Translations under genes and position numbers: made by a program
In this document: positions 52,582 through 61,499 of the stretch, piece by piece
Layout: each line of letters opens with the position of its first letter
How positions within the stretch are numbered: position 1 is the stretch's first letter
From: a virus
IMG/VR virus record: IMGVR_UViG_3300050821_001265
Span: 5,111 to 69,110 of that record
Length of the DNA: 64,000 bases
Strand: one strand, 5' to 3'
Notes under the pieces: generated by a model
What the model was told of the DNA's origin: nothing
Seen by the model: the letters and a program-made list of their open reading frames with translations, nothing else
Databases searched by the model: none

Positions 52582-54165
52582 TCAGGCAGCCACAAGTTCG
52601 TCAATCGACCTATCATACTGAAGCCTGAACTGACCCAATACCGCAAACACACGCAACTGGTTGATGATATCAGGCGGGAAAAGTACATCAAGCCGGTTTG
52701 GATCCTGGACGTTCCGCTCCACGATCAGATGAGCCTTAAATTGGCGCGAATTTTCGACCAAGCCAAGATATTCCTCAAACTCGTAGTATGCGATGATCTC
52801 GGCCTTGATGATCTTTGGCGACACAGCTGCTTGACCGGGCCCCAATCGCGTATCATCATCGCAGAGTTTATGTCTGGGGAACTTCGTAGTAATGTCCGCC
52901 TTCAAATCGCGGAACAACCGCGCGAGCGTAGCCAATGTTGTGAGAACCTCATATGCGTCGTCCGGCACGCCATACTCATTGAACTGGTATGTCGTTGATT
53001 CTCGCATTATTATCGGAATGCTCTGCGATCCGACTTTCTGTCGAGCCAAACCCCACATATTGTTTAGCTCCGTAATATTGAACTGAGTATGCTTCGGAGC
53101 GGGCCAAATTTTCTGCAAGCCGAGGGTCTGCAACGGACGCGCCGGATCAGCATTAAACGCGCGCGCGCCCATCGAGCAGTATGCTGCCGCCCATTCCCAA
53201 ACTGGCGATGGCGAATCAACTTCAACCGCCATTACTGATAAAACCGGATAGTTGTTGTCTTGCGCCCAAATGATATGATCAGCATAAGTTCCGCGCCGAG
53301 CCTGAAAGACCATACCATATTGCTCGCGCAACCACGACCAGCGACCATCGTCAAATCCATACTCATAGTTCCAATCGAGCATAGTATTCGTATCGGTCCA
53401 CGGCAACGCCACATATTCAAAGTTAACGGACTCACCGAGATTGGCAATAGCAGTCGCACAATCCGGAATGCCGCTACCGCCCGCGAGTTTGCCGCCCAAA
53501 TTGGATGGCGTGTTAGGATTGGAATAGGTAAGCGTGACCCCTGGAGGCATCACCTCACCACCGCGCGTGCCAAGATAATTATCGCGGATATCAATATCGT
53601 TGCCAGTAACGCCAACCCATTTACACGTCAATGTAACGACGGCAGCGGCAGCAACCGCTGTTACCGGCAATGTAACGCCACCCTGGACGCCACCAAACGG
53701 CTGGGACCCTGTATTGATTGCCGCCGCTAGATTGGTAGCAATGATAGTTGGAGTATCGTCCTGCAATACCCGGATGCCGACCAAATTGCCGGCGATATAA
53801 ACGTACAGCGACCCCGCATCGGTCGCCGGACCGGCAACCGTAATAGTGCCATGCGCCGCCACTCCTGCCGCAGGCGCAGGAACCGGCAACCCCCAAACGA
53901 GCGTGGAAAAGTTATTATCGAAGAAACGATTGAACATCGCCTCCAACATCGAGCCCGCGCCGAAGGCTGCTGTTGCTTGCGCCTTCGATCCGATCGGAAC
54001 GGGAACATTCATAACTGCGTTCCCAGCATCAGGTCCTGTATCTATCATGTGACCGACCATAAGTCCGTCCAATTGCGCGATCCCGAGACCCGCCATACTC
54101 GGATCAACCTGCAACCAGAAAAGCGGCATGCGCCATGAAGTAGGAATGTCCATAGAAATTGGCAT
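52582..54165 (-). CDS. tail sheath protein (Mu gpL-like)
   Basis: IP...R.PLF...D.S.A, FG.GSML..M, LPVTA, DPARPLQTL.L, FPRHKL..D, VER...DPNR.D.L.P.D.INQLRVFA. Confidence 0.95.
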   Translation of the reverse strand: MPISMDIPTSWRMPLFWLQVDPSMAGLGIAQLDGLMVGHMIDTGPDAGNAVMNVPVPIGSKAQATAAFGAGSMLEAMFNRFFDNNFSTLVWGLPVPAPAAGVAAHGTITVAGPATDAGSLYVYIAGNLVGIRVLQDDTPTIIATNLAAAINTGSQPFGGVQGGVTLPVTAVAAAAVVTLTCKWVGVTGNDIDIRDNYLGTRGGEVMPPGVTLTYSNPNTPSNLGGKLAGGSGIPDCATAIANLGESVNFEYVALPWTDTNTMLDWNYEYGFDDGRWSWLREQYGMVFQARRGTYADHIIWAQDNNYPVLSVMAVEVDSPSPVWEWAAAYCSMGARAFNADPARPLQTLGLQKIWPAPKHTQFNITELNNMWGLARQKVGSQSIPIIMRESTTYQFNEYGVPDDAYEVLTTLATLARLFRDLKADITTKFPRHKLCDDDTRLGPGQAAVSPKIIKAEIIAYYEFEEYLGLVENSRQFKAHLIVERNVQDPNRLDVLFPPDIINQLRVFAVLGQFRLQYDRSIDELVAA

Positions 54166-54199
54166 TGCTATTGCTCCTGATTAGGCCGCTGCTGATCAG

Positions 54200-54472
54200 C
54201 TACCGATGTTCAGTTTCAGATGGCTTGTAGTGAGGCTTATCATCGTCGGATTCAACAACGGTCACGTCACCGTCTTGAATACGACAAAACGTAAATTTAT
54301 CTCGCGGCCAAGTCGCCGGACCTTCCGCAGGAAACCCGCCAGCAGTAGGATGCCTCAGCCATTTGCGCAACTTTTCTTCCGTCATATGCGGCCGCTCCTC
54401 GCTAAGCAGCGGGTGGCTAGCGTTTGGCATAACCTTTACGACAGGTCGGATTTTTTTCACCATCTTTAGCAT
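54200..54472 (-). CDS. DUF2635-like small tail protein
   Basis: RHP.....P.EG...WP.D.F...R..DGDV, directly upstream of the sheath. Confidence 0.7.
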   Translation of the reverse strand: MLKMVKKIRPVVKVMPNASHPLLSEERPHMTEEKLRKWLRHPTAGGFPAEGPATWPRDKFTFCRIQDGDVTVVESDDDKPHYKPSETEHR

Positions 54473-54486
54473 TTGAAGTTCTCCTG

Positions 54487-54861
54487 TTACGGTGAATGCG
54501 CGATACTGGCGTGTGAAATCGTGACGGTTTGATTCAAGATAAGATCAACGAAGTCAAGAATGATATCAGCACCGCTGAGTCCAACCGTCAAACCGCTAAT
54601 GATAACATTACCGCCACCATCTCTGATGTGAGCCTCGACCAACGATCCAGCCACCAAAGCCGTACCCGACTTTGGCATACCGTTCATCGTGATCGCTCCA
54701 CTCGCCTCAGTGAATGACGGATCATCCAATGTGATGGTCACCATAACCGTCGCCACACCAGCCGTACCAAGTTCCATAAAGGCCGGTTCAATGTTAGCGT
54801 CAATCGCATCGATGACTGCTTGCATACGCGCCGATTTTAACGCTGCCGCATAACTAGCCAT
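54487..54861 (-). CDS. hypothetical virion protein
   Basis: 124-aa beta-rich ORF in the structural operon. Confidence 0.6.
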   Translation of the reverse strand: MASYAAALKSARMQAVIDAIDANIEPAFMELGTAGVATVMVTITLDDPSFTEASGAITMNGMPKSGTALVAGSLVEAHIRDGGGNVIISGLTVGLSGADIILDFVDLILNQTVTISHASIAHSP

Positions 54862-55550
54862 TACATCACCCTACCGGCCATGATTACGCTATCAGGCGCT
54901 TCAACGACGACCATATTGCCCACCGCACCCGCTGACATTTGCCACGTCATACTCACGCTATCAGGCGCTTCAACGACGACCATATTCCCGACCGCACCGC
55001 CGAACGTAGACCACTGCCGATAGATCGTTGGCGGAAGCGGCTTCGTTTCGCTCTCTACTTGCGGCGCTGGCTTGCCGATGATTCCGATTGTCTTGAAGTA
55101 ATCGTTAATTGTCGGCACAAACATTACCTGATGCATCAAAAAGGAGATCGACTGACGTAGCTCGCAGACGTTCGTTTCATGGATCAATGAAAAGGTCGGG
55201 TTCTGCCTACGCATATTCGGGAAGCCGCGCACTTGCTTTAGGAACTTTGGATCCGTCAACAATACATCCTCAACCATATCCATCGTCGCGTTCATCGCGA
55301 TCAAATCATCCGTATCAATAGCTCCCGCCATCACTAACGAAAAATAAAACGTCATTGTCGGTTCGTATTTCGGCGGACCCGCAGTCGGGTCTCCCCAGGC
55401 CGGAAAATCCGTGTCCGCCGTCATCATCATACGCGGAAGGTCTTCCGGATTAACCAAATACATTGGCGTTTGCGATAGCTTCTTGATAGTAGGAATTGCC
55501 TGTATGCGCATCCACGCCTGATCAAATAATGCCTTACAATCGTATGGCAT
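54861..55550 (-). CDS. putative tail terminator/completion protein
   Basis: Position after the head-tail joining gene; C-terminal duplicated GAVGNMVVVEAPDSV. Confidence 0.55.
   Translation of the reverse strand: MPYDCKALFDQAWMRIQAIPTIKKLSQTPMYLVNPEDLPRMMMTADTDFPAWGDPTAGPPKYEPTMTFYFSLVMAGAIDTDDLIAMNATMDMVEDVLLTDPKFLKQVRGFPNMRRQNPTFSLIHETNVCELRQSISFLMHQVMFVPTINDYFKTIGIIGKPAPQVESETKPLPPTIYRQWSTFGGAVGNMVVVEAPDSVSMTWQMSAGAVGNMVVVEAPDSVIMAGRVM
54886..54986. repeat. 32-bp direct repeat
   Basis: ACGCTATCAGGCGCTTCAACGACGACCATATT at 54886-54917 and 54955-54986. Confidence 0.9.
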
Positions 55551-55553
55551 AAT

Positions 55554-55910
55554 TTAATCCGTCTTGCGAATTGTTAGAACAATACCGCCTTGTCGATCTA
55601 GGTCCGTATCTGAAATCCGATAGTAGCCCGGTTCAATTTGATCATTACGCCAATCCGCAGCATCGACATATATTTGATCGTTACAGAGCGGCTCCACTGG
55701 GACCTCTGCGCGCCGAATGCCAAACGTCGTTTCTTGATCAGAGAATACCGAACCATTGTCTAGCTGGAAGTCAGATTTGCGTGACGTTAATATAGCTCGC
55801 ACGCGATACGGATCGCCGCCTGGCTGAGAGACAACCGGGATGATAGTGATCGGACGTGCGAACGCCGTCATCCCGGCCAATAATGCCGTATCGCTGAAGT
55901 TGATCGCCAT
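55554..55910 (-). CDS. head-tail joining protein
   Basis: 118-aa ORF after the capsid cement gene; D..D..G...L.IR C-terminus. Confidence 0.65.
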   Translation of the reverse strand: MAINFSDTALLAGMTAFARPITIIPVVSQPGGDPYRVRAILTSRKSDFQLDNGSVFSDQETTFGIRRAEVPVEPLCNDQIYVDAADWRNDQIEPGYYRISDTDLDRQGGIVLTIRKTD

Positions 55911-55921
55911 GAGGAGAGAGA

Positions 55922-56248
55922 CTAGACCGCGCTAGGATTCAACCGCACGCGTCCTACTGACGATGGATTGGCGGCAACCTCAGAGGCGTATCCAATCAGC
56001 GTCCCAGCGCCGATACTGGCCTGTTTGGTACCAACTACCCAATTGATCGGAGCACCGACGGTCCAGGCTTCCGCCGAGACCTTCGGTAGCTCGAACACGC
56101 CAGTCACCTTAACCGCGACCAGCGCGCCACTCGCGGCGTTCATTGTCGCCACGCCTACGAGTTTGCCGATGATCACCAGGTCGCCGCTATTAACTGCTGC
56201 TGGCGCCGGCACATTAAGCGTGGTACCTTCTTCGATATAGTTTTTCAT
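55922..56248 (-). CDS. DUF2190 capsid cement/decoration protein
   Basis: MKNYI..G.T...AP..V.SGD.V..G.L.GVA...GVFELPK. Confidence 0.9.
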   Translation of the reverse strand: MKNYIEEGTTLNVPAPAAVNSGDLVIIGKLVGVATMNAASGALVAVKVTGVFELPKVSAEAWTVGAPINWVVGTKQASIGAGTLIGYASEVAANPSSVGRVRLNPSAV

Positions 56249-56285
56249 GTTACTAATCCTCTATTTGATGCTGCGGAGTTACGGA

Positions 56286-58403
56286 TCAGGCGCCAGCGTT
56301 CTTGTAGAGACCGCGCCAGTGCAACGCCTTGACGCCAGCATCCATGCGAACTTTGAACTCCGCGCCATCAGTAGTCCAACCTTCACGCTGATCCATGAAC
56401 GGAGTATCTGCCCCATCGAGATAAGTCACCTCGATGGTATCTGTCTGCTGCGGATCAGATATCATATACCAAGCAGTTCCGTTCAACCGCGCATCAGTGA
56501 TTGGCGTAGCAATGCCGCGCACCGGGTTGCTGATCTGACCGGCGTCCCCAGGGATACGTTCTGAAGTCATGACAGTGTTCATGACCATCGCGTACTCCGG
56601 AGGAGTGAGGGCGAACTTCGGAACAATACCAACTGCGGTACCAATTCCTTGATCGTCCGTCTGGCGAGCCATAGCCGCTCGCGCCGCACCCACTGAGGTT
56701 ACCGTAGGAGCGGCCGCAGTAGGCGCGATGTTTCCATGCGCCGTCGCGAACAGGGCAACGCCATCCTGCATTACCGGATTGCCGTTGATGATCGCGTAGA
56801 CCAGATTGCCGATCGTACGCTTGGCGCCACGTCCCATCTTGCGCGGGACTCGATTGAAGAAACCAAGATCATCGTTGACAATGGCTTGACGAGTGATCGC
56901 GAACATCTTGCCGTAGGTCGCGATTTGTACTGATGTTCCGGTATCAGCCATCGTCCCGTATTTGTACTCACCGCCCTCCGGGACCGGATCAAGCCCAGGG
57001 AACAACCCGAGATCAATACGAGCAATCGGGCGGAAGTCAGTAGCCGTTCCTTTCGCGGTCCAGAGCGGGAACGTCTCTTCAATCTCTTCGTAACCAATCA
57101 TCATCGCACGATGGGCGACGTTCCCAAGGATGTTCCCGAAGTCACTCGTTGAGTGATAGCCTGGACCTTCGGCCCGAATACTGAAAGCATGACCAATCAT
57201 AGTCATACGATCCATCGCGCCGCTCTTGACGTTACGGAGGTTGAGCGCTGAGCGTGCTAACTCGCTCAGAGTTAGTCCGCTGAACTCGTTGCGCTCGCCT
57301 CCCGTAATATTGGCACGAGCCATAATGCCCTTGCTGACGCCTTGAACCCACTTCTCCAAATAATCCACGGTGACGGTAGCATTGACGCCAATGATATCCG
57401 GATTATCAGGATTGTTGGGCGCCGCGTGGATTTCATTCCACTTCGCAAAAATCTTTTCGCGAGCAGCCGCGAGCTCAACCCCAGAGTTCACCAACTCCTC
57501 GGCAAACTCAGCGGGAAGCTTGGCTGCGCGCACATGCTGAGTAATGCCAGCGACCCGCGCGCGTTCCGTCGCGATAGCTTCCCGCGTTGCCGCTTGTACA
57601 TCAACTTGAATAGGCACAAGCGTAAGCGTCGGTGACGCAGGAGGTGCGGGAGGCGCGGGAGGCGCGGGAGGTGTCGGCAATTGAGCGACAACTGGCTCCG
57701 GCGTGGGTGGAGTAGGAGTATGAACGGCGGCTTGTGTCCCGCCGTTGGCAGGCATATTGTCCATGATTGGACTCCTTGGTTGCGCGGCGGGTGCCGCAAT
57801 AGTCGGCTTTGCGCGAAGTAGCTTCGCCATTGCGGCCGCGTCAAGCTTCGCGCAAGCTGCGACGCGCATCTGTGCTTCATCAATGATATCGCAGAACCCT
57901 TTTGCCTTTGCGTCTTCCGCGCTTAGGTAGGTCTCCGCTTCCATCATCGCTTGGATAGTCTCCCGACTTTGCCCTGTGCGCTTAGAATAAATATCAATCA
58001 TCTGTTGGCGTTGCATATCTACAACGTTTGCGGATGATCTAAGGTCTTCTGCGTTACCAACGACCATAGCCCACGGATCATGGAGCATCATCGTTGAACC
58101 CTGCATCATCTTGATACTATCGCCAGCCATCGCGACGATGCTCGCAGCGGAGGCCGCCATCGCGTCAATGATGACTTCGATGCGACGCTGCGAGGCGCGT
58201 AGGACGTTATAGATGGCGAGACCTTCCGCGAGCGACCCGCCTGGCGAGTTGATACGGGCAACGACCGTTGCGCCGGCTGGCAAGGACGCCACACTATCAA
58301 TAACATCGACAGCGCGTATCCCGTCTTCAAACCACGACTCAGGGTCGATCACTCCGTACAGGATCAACTCGCCATTGGTAATTAATGACTTGGTCCCGTC
58401 CAT
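56286..58403 (-). CDS. ClpP-like prohead protease fused to major capsid protein
   Basis: INSPGG, AASAAS..AMAGD, M.HDPW and ET..SA..A...GF.D in the N-terminus; HSTSDF..IL, TYGK.F.ITRQAI.NDD and WRG.YKN.G in the capsid part. Confidence 0.95.
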   Translation of the reverse strand: MDGTKSLITNGELILYGVIDPESWFEDGIRAVDVIDSVASLPAGATVVARINSPGGSLAEGLAIYNVLRASQRRIEVIIDAMAASAASIVAMAGDSIKMMQGSTMMLHDPWAMVVGNAEDLRSSANVVDMQRQQMIDIYSKRTGQSRETIQAMMEAETYLSAEDAKAKGFCDIIDEAQMRVAACAKLDAAAMAKLLRAKPTIAAPAAQPRSPIMDNMPANGGTQAAVHTPTPPTPEPVVAQLPTPPAPPAPPAPPASPTLTLVPIQVDVQAATREAIATERARVAGITQHVRAAKLPAEFAEELVNSGVELAAAREKIFAKWNEIHAAPNNPDNPDIIGVNATVTVDYLEKWVQGVSKGIMARANITGGERNEFSGLTLSELARSALNLRNVKSGAMDRMTMIGHAFSIRAEGPGYHSTSDFGNILGNVAHRAMMIGYEEIEETFPLWTAKGTATDFRPIARIDLGLFPGLDPVPEGGEYKYGTMADTGTSVQIATYGKMFAITRQAIVNDDLGFFNRVPRKMGRGAKRTIGNLVYAIINGNPVMQDGVALFATAHGNIAPTAAAPTVTSVGAARAAMARQTDDQGIGTAVGIVPKFALTPPEYAMVMNTVMTSERIPGDAGQISNPVRGIATPITDARLNGTAWYMISDPQQTDTIEVTYLDGADTPFMDQREGWTTDGAEFKVRMDAGVKALHWRGLYKNAGA

Positions 58404-58415
58404 AGCTATGATCCT

Positions 58416-58778
58416 TTATGCTGCGGCTGCTGGAGACTTGCTCATTGCGATTGAAAAATCCCGCTTGGCTTCTTGCGGGACCGGATTTTCGCGAGGACCG
58501 GAGCGGAACTTAACCCATCCCATCATATTCCCCCAATGTACAGGAATAGGAACGGCAGTCCCAGGTATCACAGTCATTACTATTTCGTGTCCTGTGCTAT
58601 CAAAACAATCGTTGAAAAAATTACCATCAGATGACATCTGAAAACTGAGTCCTGCTGCCGTCCAATCTGCCGGCATCGTTATCCGTACTGGTAGACCCGC
58701 CGAACAATCAACAGCGGATGAGAGCGACTCACCAGCCGCAATGATCGGTCCGTTCACTACTAGTAATTGTGAAGCCAT
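58416..58778 (-). CDS. conserved hypothetical protein
   Basis: I.AGESLS..VD......I.MP..WT.A.L.FQ.S.DG...K.RSG....PV.Q. Confidence 0.7.
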   Translation of the reverse strand: MASQLLVVNGPIIAAGESLSSAVDCSAGLPVRITMPADWTAAGLSFQMSSDGNFFNDCFDSTGHEIVMTVIPGTAVPIPVHWGNMMGWVKFRSGPRENPVPQEAKRDFSIAMSKSPAAAA

Positions 58779-58779
58779 G

Positions 58780-58953
58780 TTAACCTCGCAGCGGTGCGCC
58801 GAATACGTTCCAACCTAATAGCGCGAACAGGATGAAGTGAAGTAGCGCGCCGCCGCTCAAGACATAGGGACCAGCTAGGAAGCCTCCGAACACCGCGAGC
58901 GAGAACACAAACCAGATCAGCATCAAAATCCAGAATGCTAAGGCGCGACTCAT
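58780..58953 (-). CDS. 57-aa two-TM membrane protein
   Basis: Manually translated MSRALAFWILMLIWFVFSLAVFGG...LLHFILFALLGWNVFGAPLRG; GAGGA RBS. Confidence 0.7.
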   Translation of the reverse strand: MSRALAFWILMLIWFVFSLAVFGGFLAGPYVLSGGALLHFILFALLGWNVFGAPLRG

Positions 58954-58971
58954 TTTGGTTTCCTCCAGCTA

Positions 58972-59061
58972 TCAAACATAGGCTCCAATGATCCAAGATA
59001 TGATCAAGAAGACGATTATCACCACAAGAATGATAGCCGCTCTGCGGGTGCCGGTGTCCAT
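58972..59061 (-). CDS. 29-aa single-TM peptide
   Basis: Manually translated MDTGTRRAAIILVVIIVFLIISWIIGAYV; TGATG overlap with the portal stop. Confidence 0.5.
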   Translation of the reverse strand: MDTGTRRAAIILVVIIVFLIISWIIGAYV

Positions 59062-60647
59062 CAGCCACGATCACTTCCGCCGCCACCACCACCACCAACG
59101 CTTGGCTTCGGAACCTTGACTGACTGTACGCTGGCGATACCTTGGTTCTCTCCGACTGGCTCGCCAGTAGCAGCGGCGGACTTCTGCTCGACACCACGAC
59201 CAGATACTTGACGCGGATCGCTGTCGAAGACTAGGTTGAGTTCATCAGCAACCTTATTGTCCTGAGCTATCTCGTTGTAGACCTGGAGCGGATCGTAACC
59301 ATTGCGGCGTATCTCTTCGCTCCGCGAGGAAAGCCCCATACGGACGGAGCGCCCAGCGGCGTCAATCTCAGTCGCCGGGTCGATCATCTCGCGGCGCGGT
59401 GGTGTCCAATCGAGCCGGAACGGTTCTGTAGACCCCGTCATGACTTCGATAGCGTCCTGCGTCCAGACAGCGAGCGGGTCCATAAACATCGGCATAAGCA
59501 TATTCCAACGCCAGCTATCTATAGAGCGCTGGTACTCTATCCAACCCATGCGGCCGCTCGAATAGTTGACGCCAGTAAGATCACCGGTGAGCGCCTCGTA
59601 TGTTATGTTCATACCAGCGGCTATCTCGCGCAGCGTGACCTTGGAGTAGTCACCAAAATCCGTGGTCGGAGGCGGGGTGGCGAAACTAATTGATTCGCCC
59701 TCCCGCAACCGCTCGATCATTCCAGGTTCAAACTGTTCTATCGGAAACCCAGTGGGAGACTGCGCTATGGTATCTGGACCAGTAGGTACGAAACCTTCGA
59801 CCGTTGTTATGAAAGCCGCGAAGCAAGCCGCAATCTTTTGCCGCATTAATTGCGCATCAGTATAGTCCGCGAAGTCCCGCATCCTCATCATAACCGGAGC
59901 AAACCAGGAAACGCCCCGAACTTGACCGGGACGGTCTACGCGATAGATATGAGCGACGTTATCTGCCGGGACCCTAGTGCCACGGAATGTAGTTTGGCCT
60001 AGCCAGCCACCAGGATGACGATCAAATAAATAGTACGCGACCCGCTCACCGATCTTATTAAACTCAACACCTTGTACGACTAGATTACCATTAGCAAGTT
60101 CGCTATCTTGAAATGTGTCAAGATAATCTGGTTCAAGAATTTGTAGTTGAAAGGGTAAGTCAAATCTGTTCTGGATGCGCCTGGGGCGCTTCCTGATCAG
60201 AACCTCGCCTGACTCCACAATCGTCTGCATCGCCAGGTTCTGAATACCGTACAAATTCTGCCGGCGTTCAATATCTATTTCAGAGTTCTCAAAATGATCC
60301 TTGACAAGAGCAAATACTTCAGCTGTACGCTTATCAAGCGTAGACGTAACGCGCGGAACAATACCCGCGCCAACGACGTTATGAGCGAGGGTTGCCTTTG
60401 CCCTGGAGGCAAAGGCATTATTGCGGCACATATCGCGCGCAGCGTCCCGGAGCCGAAAGTTGCCAATGCGCGTCTCAAAGTTAGCGTCGGTCCCGATAGC
60501 GCGCCAGCCTTGTGTGCGGCGACTAAGTGTTGCCGCATCATAGAGCGCCTTAGTTTGATCAAGACGCGCCATACGTGTGCGCGCTTCCGCGCGCTTCGCG
60601 GCCTTGATCGGAGCGACGTAGCCTATCGTCCGATCAAGCCAATTCAT
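59061..60647 (-). CDS. portal protein, lambda family
   Basis: LR..ARD..RNN, VG.GI, GVEF...G..VAY, RPGQVRGVSWFAP, YE.LTGD...VNYSSGR, IDP..E. Confidence 0.95.
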   Translation of the reverse strand: MNWLDRTIGYVAPIKAAKRAEARTRMARLDQTKALYDAATLSRRTQGWRAIGTDANFETRIGNFRLRDAARDMCRNNAFASRAKATLAHNVVGAGIVPRVTSTLDKRTAEVFALVKDHFENSEIDIERRQNLYGIQNLAMQTIVESGEVLIRKRPRRIQNRFDLPFQLQILEPDYLDTFQDSELANGNLVVQGVEFNKIGERVAYYLFDRHPGGWLGQTTFRGTRVPADNVAHIYRVDRPGQVRGVSWFAPVMMRMRDFADYTDAQLMRQKIAACFAAFITTVEGFVPTGPDTIAQSPTGFPIEQFEPGMIERLREGESISFATPPPTTDFGDYSKVTLREIAAGMNITYEALTGDLTGVNYSSGRMGWIEYQRSIDSWRWNMLMPMFMDPLAVWTQDAIEVMTGSTEPFRLDWTPPRREMIDPATEIDAAGRSVRMGLSSRSEEIRRNGYDPLQVYNEIAQDNKVADELNLVFDSDPRQVSGRGVEQKSAAATGEPVGENQGIASVQSVKVPKPSVGGGGGGGSDRG

Positions 60648-60949
60648 CGCCAAGACTTCCAGGAATAACGATCATAGTATTCCTGAGCAGGAGCAATACC
60701 ATCGCTATAGCCTGCGACTGTAGTGCGACCCGGCGGAGGAGGAATTGCCCCCAACCGCGTAAGCTGCTGGAGGAGGTCATCACGCGCACGGAATAATTCT
60801 GCTAAGCTACGATAGGTAACAGACTTACCATCGTAGCTTACGGAACTAGTGCCGCTCGCAATAGCCTCATTGAGCGCGAGATACTGCGCGAGCAGCTGCG
60901 CTATAGGATCGACAGCGGGCGGCGCTGGTAGCGTTGTTCCGTTTGACAT
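60644..60949 (-). CDS. head-tail joining protein (gpW-like)
   Basis: L.EAIASG...VSY.GK.VTYRSL.EL. Confidence 0.85.
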   Translation of the reverse strand: MSNGTTLPAPPAVDPIAQLLAQYLALNEAIASGTSSVSYDGKSVTYRSLAELFRARDDLLQQLTRLGAIPPPPGRTTVAGYSDGIAPAQEYYDRYSWKSWR

Positions 60950-60965
60950 CGGTTATTACTGATGT

Positions 60966-61490
60966 TTAATGCTTGCCTTGCTTAGTCGCTGTAGCCTCTT
61001 TGGCCTTCTCTGCCTTCTCCTTCTGGCGCTCTGCGCGCGCCTCCTTGTCCGGGTCTTCGACCATGACGACGCGCGGCATCATAACATCTTGAAGCGACTC
61101 CACCATACGCGCCGCTTCGTCTGGCGTCATACGCTTTGTGCCGGCGTCTTGCGACGGTTTCGAGTTAGGCGGCAATTCGGTTCCGGCTTCAGCTGTTCCG
61201 GCCTGCGCCGCGCCGACCACCATAACAACTTCATCCTTCTCTGGCTTTTTACGGACCGCGTAAGGAAGGTTGTCGGAGCCAATCGTGATAACGACCAAGG
61301 ACCCATCTTGAATCCCTTTCTGTACATCCTCATCGGAGACGTACTCCAACGGAAGCCGGAGATTGGTTCCGGATAGATCAAGCGGCGCTTCCGGAGCAGC
61401 CCAAACGCCGCCGCGCTTAGAAAGGATGCCGGTGCCGCCTTCCTTGCTCAGGATGCCGTCCACCGTATGTTCGTGCTCTTGCTCAGGCAT
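60966..61490 (-). CDS. hypothetical protein
   Basis: 174-aa ORF with GGAG RBS between terL and gpW. Confidence 0.55.
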   Translation of the reverse strand: MPEQEHEHTVDGILSKEGGTGILSKRGGVWAAPEAPLDLSGTNLRLPLEYVSDEDVQKGIQDGSLVVITIGSDNLPYAVRKKPEKDEVVMVVGAAQAGTAEAGTELPPNSKPSQDAGTKRMTPDEAARMVESLQDVMMPRVVMVEDPDKEARAERQKEKAEKAKEATATKQGKH

Positions 61491-61499
61491 TGGTCGCTC

